DNA of 32,000 nucleotides from Acinetobacter wanghuae. Lineage in GTDB: Bacteria > Pseudomonadota > Gammaproteobacteria > Pseudomonadales > Moraxellaceae. Below the pieces are notes generated by a model. That model did not search any database and had not been told where the DNA came from. It saw only the letters and a program-made list of their open reading frames with translations. Both the position numbers and the translations under genes were made by a program. Below, in pieces: positions 1-7,375 of the stretch. Each line of letters begins with the position of its first letter. Position 1 is the stretch's first letter. The DNA lies in NCBI RefSeq assembly GCF_009557235.1, contig NZ_CP045650.1:2220001-2252000 (forward strand). The letters are read 5' to 3'.

Positions 1-330
1 TTCTTCAAATAAAGTTGAATAATCAAAGCGTAATGCATCCGCTTCAATAATCGTCAAACGTTCTGGATGTGGCACACGACCGGGTAAGCCCGCAGCTAAG
101 TCACGGTCAAGCTCAACTACTGTCAATGCATCACATTCACCAATAAGGGGTGAAGTTAAAGCCGCCAAACCCGGTCCGATCTCTAAAATATTTTGACCCG
201 GACGCGGATTCACTGAGCGTACAATTTTGGCAATGACACGTTGGTCATGTAAGAAGTTTTGACCAAATCGTTTACGAGCCTGATGCCCCTCATCTTTTGG
301 GTTTAAGGCATTAATTTGATACATAGACAT
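1..330 (-). CDS. rsmA: 16S rRNA dimethyladenosine transferase RsmA/KsgA, N-terminal part (C-terminus runs off the left edge)
   Basis: Absent from the ORF track because it is open at the window edge. The reverse complement from ATG at 328-330 reads MSMYQINALNPKDEGHQARKRFGQNFLHDQRVIAKIVRSVNPRPGQNILEIGPGLAALT... It contains the GQNFL and EIGPG SAM-methyltransferase motifs. It lies 24 nt downstream of pdxA, matching the classical pdxA-ksgA arrangement. Confidence 0.85.
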   Translation of the reverse strand, partial: MSMYQINALNPKDEGHQARKRFGQNFLHDQRVIAKIVRSVNPRPGQNILEIGPGLAALTSPLIGECDALTVVELDRDLAAGLPGRVPHPERLTIIEADALRFDYSTLFEE

Positions 331-354
331 TTCCAACGTGTAAATAAGACAAGA

Positions 355-1323
355 TCAATGACGCGCTAAATCAAGCGCTAAATCCACAGCCACATGCAAG
401 CTTGAGCTTTTCGCAAGACCTGTACCTGCGAGGGAGAGTGCTGTGCCATGATCGACAGATGTACGAATAAACGGCAAGCCCAAAGTAATATTGATGGCTT
501 CACCAAATCCTTGCGATTTTAACACAGGTAAACCCTGATCGTGATACATCGCTAAAACTGCATCAGCATCTTTTAGGTTCTCAGGAGTAAATAAAGTATC
601 TGCAGGTAGGCTTAAACTCATGTTCACACCTTGGGCACGATAAGTTTCAAGCACAGGATTAATCACTTCGATTTCTTCCATACCCAAATACCCCCCCTCA
701 CCTGCATGTGGATTTAGACCACAAACTAAAATATGCGGATGCTCAATTTTAAATTTCGATTTTAAATCGTGAATTAAAATATCAATGACTTGATGCAAAC
801 GTTCAGGGGTAATGGCATCTGCGACAGCACGCAATGGTAGATGTGTGGTGGCTAAAGCGACTCTTAAGGTTTTAGTCGCTAGCATCATGACGACACGATC
901 AACACCCGCAAACTCTTGGTAATATTCGGTGTGACCACTGAAATGAATCCCCGCATCATTAATCACCGATTTTTGTACGGGCGCAGTCGCCACCCCCACA
1001 CTTTTACCCGACATCGCGTAATCAGCAGAGCGGCGCAGTTGTTCTAACACGTAAGCTGCATTGTGCGCATTGAGCTCACCGAGTATGACCGATTCATGTA
1101 AAGGCACATGTTCGACATACAACTGCCCTTGGGCTGAAGATGCCGTTTGACCTTGATACTCAATCAGGTCGATCTCTACATTTAAGCTTTGAGCGCGTTG
1201 TGCCAGCATTTTGATATCTGCGAGAACGACAATTGGACGTTCATCAATACGGCTTGCAAGACTTAAACAAATATCAGGACCAATGCCGGCAGGTTCACCA
1301 CTGGTCACATATAAAGGCAACAT
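355..1323 (-). CDS. pdxA: 4-hydroxythreonine-4-phosphate dehydrogenase PdxA
   Basis: 322-aa ORF with PdxA-family blocks: GEPAGIGPDI at the N-terminus, HTEY, and GLNPHAGEGG. It is followed by rsmA. Confidence 0.9.
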   Translation of the reverse strand: MLPLYVTSGEPAGIGPDICLSLASRIDERPIVVLADIKMLAQRAQSLNVEIDLIEYQGQTASSAQGQLYVEHVPLHESVILGELNAHNAAYVLEQLRRSADYAMSGKSVGVATAPVQKSVINDAGIHFSGHTEYYQEFAGVDRVVMMLATKTLRVALATTHLPLRAVADAITPERLHQVIDILIHDLKSKFKIEHPHILVCGLNPHAGEGGYLGMEEIEVINPVLETYRAQGVNMSLSLPADTLFTPENLKDADAVLAMYHDQGLPVLKSQGFGEAINITLGLPFIRTSVDHGTALSLAGTGLAKSSSLHVAVDLALDLARH

Positions 1324-1628
1324 TCTTATTTCTCAATACGCCAAAGCTGCATGAATTATACCGCGTTCCTGATTGATATGTTGTAGTCACGAAATTTGCT
1401 CTGAATAAATTCAGCTAAATTGCTCAATTTAAACGAGATCATAAATATCGGTATGAATTCGCACCCTACAGGCAATTTATCCTTTATTTAAATGCTATTT
1501 TTATGTACAATACAGCGCTTGAAATTCCAATTTTCATTTGTGATTCTAAGTGACTTCGTTTAGAATCGCGTCTCCTTTAGTTTGGACAGATTCCATAGTC
1601 CAAACCAACTATAATAGGTAGTGGTTTA

Positions 1629-2057
1629 ATGAAAACTCTCAGCGCTAAGCCAGCTGAGGTTCAACACGATTGGTACGTTGTTGATGCTTCTGGCAAAACT
1701 TTAGGTCGCCTTGCGACTGAAATCGCTCGTCGTTTACGCGGTAAGCACAAAACTTCTTATACTCCTCACGTTGACACTGGCGATTACATCGTTGTTATTA
1801 ACGCTGAAGAAATTACTGTGACTGGTAAAAAAGCTCACGATAAGAAATACTATCGCCATACTGGTTTCCCTGGTGGTATTCGCGAAACTAACTTTGAAAA
1901 GTTAATCGCGCATAAACCTGAAACAGTTTTAGAAAAAGCTGTTAAAGGTATGTTACCAAAAGGTCCTCTTGGTTACGCAATGATCAAAAAAATGAAAGTG
2001 TACGCTGGTACTGAGCATCCACACGCAGCTCAACAGCCACAAGTTTTGGACATCTAA
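1629..2057 (+). CDS. rplM: 50S ribosomal protein L13
   Basis: 142 aa: [55 protein letters not shown]. This is a typical L13, immediately followed by rpsI. Confidence 0.97.
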   Translation: MKTLSAKPAEVQHDWYVVDASGKTLGRLATEIARRLRGKHKTSYTPHVDTGDYIVVINAEEITVTGKKAHDKKYYRHTGFPGGIRETNFEKLIAHKPETVLEKAVKGMLPKGPLGYAMIKKMKVYAGTEHPHAAQQPQVLDI

Positions 2058-2069
2058 GGGATACAGCAC

Positions 2070-2456
2070 ATGGCTACTAATTATGGTACAGGTCGCCGTA
2101 AGACCGCAACTGCACGTGTTTTCCTATCAGCAGGTACTGGTAAACTCGTAATCAACAACCGTTCTTTAGAACAATACTTCGGTCGTGAGACTGCTCGTAT
2201 GGTTGTTAACCAACCACTTGAGCTTCTTGAAGCAACTAACAAGTATGACCTTTACATCACTGTTGCTGGTGGTGGTATCGGTGGTCAAGCAGGCGCAATC
2301 CGTCACGGTATTACTCGTGCATTGATCGCTTCTGATGAGACACTTAAGTCTGCTCTTCGTCAAGCTGGTTTCGTTACTCGTGATGCTCGTGAAGTTGAAC
2401 GTAAGAAACTTGGTTTACGTAAAGCACGTAAACGTCCTCAATTCTCTAAACGTTAA
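2070..2456 (+). CDS. rpsI: 30S ribosomal protein S9
   Basis: 128 aa. It has [12 protein letters not shown] near the N-terminus and the S9 hallmark tail [14 protein letters not shown]. The gap after rplM is 12 nt. Confidence 0.97.
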   Translation: MATNYGTGRRKTATARVFLSAGTGKLVINNRSLEQYFGRETARMVVNQPLELLEATNKYDLYITVAGGGIGGQAGAIRHGITRALIASDETLKSALRQAGFVTRDAREVERKKLGLRKARKRPQFSKR

Positions 2457-2475
2457 TTCGTTTACCGAATCGGAC

Positions 2476-2508
2476 AAAAAAGCCTTGGAATTTTCCAAGG
2501 CTTTTTTT
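2476..2508. terminator. Bidirectional rho-independent terminator between rpsI and a convergent small ORF
   Basis: AAAAA-AGCCTTGGA-ATTT-TCCAAGGCT-TTTTTT. This is a 9-bp perfect stem with an A-run on the left and a T-run on the right. Confidence 0.85.
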
Positions 2509-2517
2509 ATAAGGTTA

Positions 2518-2655
2518 TTATTTTATCGTTTCTAGTTTATTGTTTTTGGATTGATTAACTCCATGCCCTTCATGACACCAATATGTCTTGGTTAAATAAT
2601 AATTTAAGTAGCCCACGACGACCAACAGCATAAATAAAAAAACCTGCATCAACAT
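2518..2655 (-). CDS. Candidate 45-aa small membrane protein (below the ORF-track cutoff)
   Basis: Hand translation gives MLMQVFLFMLLVVVGYLNYYLTKTYWCHEGHGVNQSKNNKLETIK. A strong SD precedes it (TAAGGAG, 8 nt before the ATG at 2653-2655). The N-terminus has one hydrophobic helix, and the ORF ends 10 nt before the bidirectional terminator. Confidence 0.4.
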   Translation of the reverse strand: MLMQVFLFMLLVVVGYLNYYLTKTYWCHEGHGVNQSKNNKLETIK

Positions 2656-2767
2656 CTTGAATTCTCCTTATTGTTTTCATTCAGCATTTTGATCATCGCC
2701 CAGCAAACCGTGCTTTTTCAGTTGATTTTTAGTATCCTATCTTATTCACTTGTTATTGCGTCGGAAT

Positions 2768-3421
2768 ATGTCTGTCGAAACACCTCAAATTCAAGGCATT
2801 ACACTCTATAGCCACGCCGATGACTTTCGTTCTCATTGGATTCGCTACGTTCTTTCAGAGAAACAAATAAAATATAACCTGATCATCGTAGATGAGGACG
2901 ATGAAGATTTGGCAAGTCTTAACCCGTATAACCAATTGCCAATGCTGATTGAAAATGAACTTAAACTCTTCAATACCAGCATTATTTCTGAATATATAGA
3001 TGATCGTTATCGTCAAAATAAACTCTATGCCGATGCACCTATGCCACGCTCCGAACAACGCCAATATATTTGGCGCTTTGAGAATGACTGGCTCAAATTG
3101 GCAGATGTGATGCTGCGCCATAGCGACACATTAGATGAACAACAAAAACGTCAGGCACAAAAGCAACTTAAAGATATCCTGATCTCACTCACGCCATTAT
3201 TCCAACATTTCCCATATTTTATGTCGGAACATTTTAGTATTTTAGATTGTATGCTTGCCCCTATTTTCATACGCTTAGACAGTATGGGAATCACATTGCC
3301 GCAGCAACAATGTCGTCCATTTCATTTATATTGTCAGCGTATTTTTAGCCGTCCTGCATTCGCCAAATCTATGACTTTGCACGAAAAAAATCGCTTTCAA
3401 ACTTTATTACCGAAACAGTAG
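2768..3421 (+). CDS. sspA: Stringent starvation protein A (GST-like RNAP-associated protein)
   Basis: Collinear similarity to E. coli SspA: LYS...SHxxRxVLxEK, LNPYNQLPML, SxIIxEYIDDRY, PYFMSEHFSILDCMLAP. I prefer the ATG at 2768 (MSVETPQ...) over the TTG at 2750 given in the track. sspB follows. Confidence 0.9.
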   Translation: MSVETPQIQGITLYSHADDFRSHWIRYVLSEKQIKYNLIIVDEDDEDLASLNPYNQLPMLIENELKLFNTSIISEYIDDRYRQNKLYADAPMPRSEQRQYIWRFENDWLKLADVMLRHSDTLDEQQKRQAQKQLKDILISLTPLFQHFPYFMSEHFSILDCMLAPIFIRLDSMGITLPQQQCRPFHLYCQRIFSRPAFAKSMTLHEKNRFQTLLPKQ

Positions 3422-3430
3422 AGAAACCCC

Positions 3431-3859
3431 ATGTCTGAACAAGAATTTAATTTAACGCCGACTCGCCCTTATATGGCTCGCGCTATTTATGAATGGATTT
3501 GTGATAACAGCATGACGCCTTATCTACTGGTCGATGCGACTGTTAAATACACCATGGTGCCTGAGCAATTTATTCAAGACGGTCAGATTGTACTAAACAT
3601 TGTGCCGCATGCCGTACACGCCTTACAGATTAGTAATGAAGCCATTACCTTCTCTGCGCGCTTTGGTGGTGTATCACGTGATATTTATGTGCCTATGCCT
3701 GCTATTATTGGCTTATATGCCAAAGAAAACGGTCAAGGTTTATTCTTTGATGCAAGTGAATATGAAAATACACAAATCGAAGCAGATGATTTAAAATCAA
3801 CCATTGAAGAACAAACTGAACAACCAAAGAAAAAACCAACTTTAAGATTATTAGATTAA
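3431..3859 (+). CDS. sspB: Stringent starvation protein B (ClpXP specificity adaptor)
   Basis: SspB blocks are present: TPTRPYMARAIYEWICDNSMTPYLLVDA, DGQIVLNI.P.AV..L, and ARFGG. An acidic linker follows, and the C-terminal LRLLD resembles the ClpX-binding LRVVK tail. Confidence 0.9.
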   Translation: MSEQEFNLTPTRPYMARAIYEWICDNSMTPYLLVDATVKYTMVPEQFIQDGQIVLNIVPHAVHALQISNEAITFSARFGGVSRDIYVPMPAIIGLYAKENGQGLFFDASEYENTQIEADDLKSTIEEQTEQPKKKPTLRLLD

Positions 3860-3875
3860 AATATGGAGTAAATGC

Positions 3876-4520
3876 ATGGCTTTTGATTTAGTACAATATT
3901 TTGTTGAACAGATAGAGACTCAAAAGCCTGAGCTTCTAAGCACATATTCAAAACAAGAACGCCGTGATCAAATTTCTGAGATTAATGCCTTAACTTTAGG
4001 GAAACTGATTAGTGAGTGGAAAAGTAATTCATCTAAGCTTTATCACGAGATCGTGCATCACGATCCGCTTTATGTAGAAGAATTAGCACGCCATTTAAGT
4101 ACATCTTCTAAAAACCAATCTAGTTTGAATCGAGTAGAGCTTGAAACGACCATTTCAGCCTTCCTTCAATTGCAGTTGCTTGAGTTAAAACAACTACATG
4201 ATACGGGTGGACATAATCAAAATAGTATTCAAGAATTATTGTTAGGGCAGATTGAGCACTTATCTGGTCAGGCAGATGATTGGGTTTGGTCAACAAATAT
4301 GCTAACAGAGCTGATTGGTTCTAAACCCATCATTCAAGACACGCTATCATTAGAGCAATCAATGAAGGAGTTCAACCAAATGGTCAGCCAAAATCAGCAT
4401 ATCGATGAAGATGTTAGCCCAGTCACCACAACACCAACTTGGTCAAAAGTTGTAGAACCTGTGGTTGCACTTGTAATTTTATGGGTTCTTGCTTGCGCAA
4501 TGTGCAATATTTTTGCATGA
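3876..4520 (+). CDS. Hypothetical protein, 214 aa, C-terminal transmembrane anchor
   Basis: The ORF starts 16 nt after sspB and is preceded by GGAG. Its last ~22 residues (VVALVILWVLACAMCNIFA) are hydrophobic, and a strong terminator follows. I recognise no family. Confidence 0.6.
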   Translation: MAFDLVQYFVEQIETQKPELLSTYSKQERRDQISEINALTLGKLISEWKSNSSKLYHEIVHHDPLYVEELARHLSTSSKNQSSLNRVELETTISAFLQLQLLELKQLHDTGGHNQNSIQELLLGQIEHLSGQADDWVWSTNMLTELIGSKPIIQDTLSLEQSMKEFNQMVSQNQHIDEDVSPVTTTPTWSKVVEPVVALVILWVLACAMCNIFA

Positions 4521-4544
4521 AATATTATTGTTTGATTTTAAAAG

Positions 4545-4569
4545 AACCAGCCAAAGTGCTGGTTTTTTT
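4545..4569 (+). terminator. Rho-independent terminator of the sspA-sspB-orf214 unit
   Basis: AACCAGC-CAAAGT-GCTGGTT followed by TTTTT. Confidence 0.8.
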
Positions 4570-4835
4570 ATGACAAAGTTAATCTACAATAATCTTTATT
4601 TTTAAAACTCATTGTATTTTTTTGTTAAAACCATTATTTTTATGTAAAAACAACAGCTTAAATTTAACTAATTACATTTTTTTACATATGAGTTTTTCTA
4701 AAAAATCACTTCAAAATATCAATGCATGTCCACAATATAATCACTAAAAAGCAAAGTTCATCACACATTTAAATCCCCTCAACTTCATAGAAAATAAAAA
4801 TATAGAACGTTTAAAATGGGGTGAAATTAATTTAA

Positions 4836-4863
4836 TTGCAATTTATTGTGCCAATCCTATAAT
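4836..4863 (+). promoter_or_regulatory. Candidate sigma70 promoter of the Roadblock/GTPase cluster
   Basis: TTGCAA (4836-4841), 16-nt spacer, perfect TATAAT (4858-4863). It sits at the end of a ~380-nt AT-rich gap and ~85 nt upstream of the ATG at 4949. Confidence 0.45.
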
Positions 4864-4948
4864 AAATTTGAGTAGCAAAAACGCTGATTACTCCTTAGAA
4901 AAAATAAATATTCCATATCTAGAACTTATAACAGAGAGAGCAATAATT

Positions 4949-5308
4949 ATGGCTAAAGTATCTTTGGATTCACTAACAAGTATTGATGGTTTCTACGCCG
5001 CCGCTCTTGTCGACGGTGAAAGTGGTTTGGCACTAGCAACCCAAGGGGGCGGTGATCTTGATTTAGAGCTTGCAGCTGCAGGTAATACCGAGGTTGTTCG
5101 TGCAAAGCGCCGCGTGGCAAACTCCCTTAACCTGAACGACCATATTGTCGATATTCTGATTACTCTGGGTAAAGCATACCATTTAATTCGTCCGCTCGAA
5201 AAAAATGAAAATGTGTTTTTATACCTAGTATTGGATCGTTCTAAAGCCAATCTTGCAATGGCACGTCATGAATTAAAAGCATTTGAAAAAGGTTTAGATT
5301 TCAATTAA
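4949..5308 (+). CDS. Roadblock/LC7 (MglB-like) domain protein, paralog 1
   Basis: About 119 aa from the ATG at 4949 ([35 protein letters not shown]...YHLIRPL...[20 protein letters not shown]). The size and the alpha-beta-alpha sequence pattern fit the Roadblock/LC7 fold. The purine-rich GAGAGAG lies upstream. The track start at 4868 (TTG) would fall at or inside the predicted promoter. Confidence 0.75.
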   Translation: MAKVSLDSLTSIDGFYAAALVDGESGLALATQGGGDLDLELAAAGNTEVVRAKRRVANSLNLNDHIVDILITLGKAYHLIRPLEKNENVFLYLVLDRSKANLAMARHELKAFEKGLDFN

Positions 5309-5403
5309 TTTTTAAACCAATGCCCTTTATATAAATCATGTAGAGGGCATGTTATTTCGCTGTATATTGCAAAAAAATAATAGCAAGTGAATAGAGAGTT
5401 AAT

Positions 5404-6381
5404 ATGACTAAGCAATATATTAATATAGGAATTGCAGGTTTAAGCATCCATGACTCTGATGAATTAAAACATAAGATTAGTAATATATTACCGCAGCATA
5501 TTAATATACAGTGGAAAACAGCTTCGGATATCAATTTAGATTGCTTATTTATTCATGAGCATTTTTTTGAAACCGAAGGTATTCAACGCATACTCAATAC
5601 CAAACATTTCCCATGGCTTAAAATTGCCAAAGATCTTGAACGCTCAGGCAAAGTTTCAAACAACACCTTATATTTACCACTGCAAGACACTTATGAGCTA
5701 AACCGTTGGGTTGATCATCATATCCTGCAATCCAATCAAAAGCCTGTTGAAGACATCGATATTGTTCCAGTCATGAACAGCAAACTCCCAGCCAATCATA
5801 CGTATACCGAAAGTTATTTCAAAGATATGTCTAAGCGTGACTCGAATGCGAAGTTACATCTATCTGATGATAATGGCTCTATCGCAGTAATTAAGCCCTC
5901 CAAAAATCTTGTTTGGCTTAATCCAAATCACCCAATTAAACACACAGATTTCAGTTTTAACTATGATCTAGCATCTACCAATGACTTATTAAAAGTATCG
6001 CGTAAAGAGAGTGTTATCTTACAAGATTGGTTATGGAATTTATTTTGGAATTCGAGTGATTTTTATCAAATTGCACCTGAAGATGGTCATTATAAAATTT
6101 TGTTTTGGCCCAAACCCGATGATTCGATCAATCGAAAAAAAATATTCCAAATGTCTGCATGCTTCATACAGGGTGCAAAAATGTCAAAAATTGCAGAACA
6201 GCATGATATTCCGATGCTTATGATTCGACGATTCATCGCTGCAAATATGGCAGCAGGTAATCTTGAAAAAATCAATGTTTGGGATAAACACTATACCCCG
6301 CCCGAAAAAGCTGAAAAAACTGAACAACAAAACTTTATTAAAAGTTTCTTTGGCAAAATACGCAGCAAATTTGGTTTCTAA
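5404..6381 (+). CDS. Orphan 325-aa protein with a C-terminal helix-turn-helix-like segment (DUF742/CvnC-like by eye)
   Basis: It has an ATG start with GAGAG upstream. No signal peptide or TM segment is evident. Residues ~245-292 (IFQMSACFIQGAKMSKIAEQHDIPMLMIRRFIAANMAAGNLEKI) look like a winged-HTH. The C-terminal tail is basic. It sits immediately upstream of the GTPase. Confidence 0.7.
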   Translation: MTKQYINIGIAGLSIHDSDELKHKISNILPQHINIQWKTASDINLDCLFIHEHFFETEGIQRILNTKHFPWLKIAKDLERSGKVSNNTLYLPLQDTYELNRWVDHHILQSNQKPVEDIDIVPVMNSKLPANHTYTESYFKDMSKRDSNAKLHLSDDNGSIAVIKPSKNLVWLNPNHPIKHTDFSFNYDLASTNDLLKVSRKESVILQDWLWNLFWNSSDFYQIAPEDGHYKILFWPKPDDSINRKKIFQMSACFIQGAKMSKIAEQHDIPMLMIRRFIAANMAAGNLEKINVWDKHYTPPEKAEKTEQQNFIKSFFGKIRSKFGF

Positions 6382-6397
6382 TTAAAGGTAGATACAA

Positions 6398-6940
6398 ATG
6401 ATTTTACAAGAATATAAGATTGTATTTGCAGGTACGATGGGTGCAGGAAAAACAGAAGCGATTCGCTCTTTATCAGAAATTCCTGTGCTCTCTACAGAAG
6501 CCCTGAATACAGATCAAAATAGCCATACTAAGATGGAAACCACGGTTGGTATCGACTACGGGGAAGTGACCTTAGATGATGGTGTTAAAATTGGCTTATA
6601 CGGCACACCAGGGCAAAGTCGTTTTGATTTTATTTGGCCGGTCATTTGTAAAGGTGCGATTGGCGCAATTGTCTTAATTGATCATCATATTGACAATCCC
6701 ATTCAGGAGCTAGAAAACTATTTAGAGGTTTTCCAAAACTATACCGATAACATTGCAATTGGCATTACACATACGGATTTAAGCAGTGAACGTTCTACAA
6801 ATATCTATAAAGAATGGCTGATTAGCCAAGATCTTTACTCTCCCCTATTTTTTATCGATGCCCGTAAAAAAGAAGATGTTTTATTACTTTTAGAAGCGCT
6901 CATTACCTCGGTAGAAGTAAACCACGATATTACAACTTAA
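6398..6940 (+). CDS. Small Ras-like GTPase of the MglA/CvnD (ATP/GTP-binding protein) type
   Basis: 180 aa. The P-loop is GTMGAGKT (6431-6454) and the switch-I Thr lies in METTVGIDYG. G3 is GTPGQ (6602-6616) and G4 is THTD (6767-6778). The LYGTPGQSRFDFIW...GAIGAIVLID block resembles conservon CvnD proteins as I remember them. Confidence 0.85.
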   Translation: MILQEYKIVFAGTMGAGKTEAIRSLSEIPVLSTEALNTDQNSHTKMETTVGIDYGEVTLDDGVKIGLYGTPGQSRFDFIWPVICKGAIGAIVLIDHHIDNPIQELENYLEVFQNYTDNIAIGITHTDLSSERSTNIYKEWLISQDLYSPLFFIDARKKEDVLLLLEALITSVEVNHDITT

Positions 6941-6949
6941 GGATGTTTG

Positions 6950-7366
6950 ATGATGTTTAACTTTCAAGAAAAACGTAAAGCACCAGAGGAATTAGTACAA
7001 TGTGCAAAACGTGAGATCCATGATGTAATATCCAATGTTCGCGGCATTTATTATGTGATGGTCTGCTCTACCGATGGATTTGAACTCGCAACTATTCACA
7101 AAAAAGATAACTATAACAACAGTAAGCTTGCTGCTGTAAGTAGCTCAATATTAGCGATGGTGTCTGCCTTTACCAGTGAAATTCACCTTACTGGATGCCA
7201 ATCTATTACCTTAGATGCTGAAAATGGGAAAGCTATTTTAACTGCTGTTCCCGCACCCAAGCATCCGATGATTATTGTCGCCTTAACGGAAAAAGACATT
7301 CTACTTGGACAAGCACTTTATGCGCTTAAGAGTGCAACACAAACCATTGCTGCTGCGGATAAATAA
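6950..7366 (+). CDS. Roadblock/LC7 (MglB/CvnB-like) domain protein, paralog 2
   Basis: About 138 aa. AAGGA lies 6 nt upstream of the ATG at 6950. The sequence VRGIYYVMVCSTDGFELATIHKK...KLAAVSSSILAMVSAF...ITLDAENGKAILTAV...MIIVALTEKD..LGQALYAL follows the canonical Roadblock pattern. The gap after the GTPase stop is 9 nt. Confidence 0.8.
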   Translation: MMFNFQEKRKAPEELVQCAKREIHDVISNVRGIYYVMVCSTDGFELATIHKKDNYNNSKLAAVSSSILAMVSAFTSEIHLTGCQSITLDAENGKAILTAVPAPKHPMIIVALTEKDILLGQALYALKSATQTIAAADK

Positions 7367-7367
7367 G

Positions 7368-7375
7368 TTAAATAA
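7368..7375. repeat. Target-site duplication, left copy (TTAAATAA)
   Basis: This 8-mer directly abuts the left IS end and is identical to 8348-8355. Confidence 0.8.

Noticed and set aside
4868-4948. TTG-initiated 27-codon N-terminal extension of the first Roadblock protein, as given in the track.
   Set aside because: It would begin 5 nt after the predicted -10 element. The ATG at 4949 has a purine-rich SD region and yields a ~119-aa protein of the normal Roadblock size.
5352-5534. 60-aa hydrophobic minus-strand ORF overlapping the start of the 325-aa gene.
   Set aside because: It is antisense to a better-supported gene and has no SD. Its hydrophobicity is expected from translating T-rich antisense sequence.
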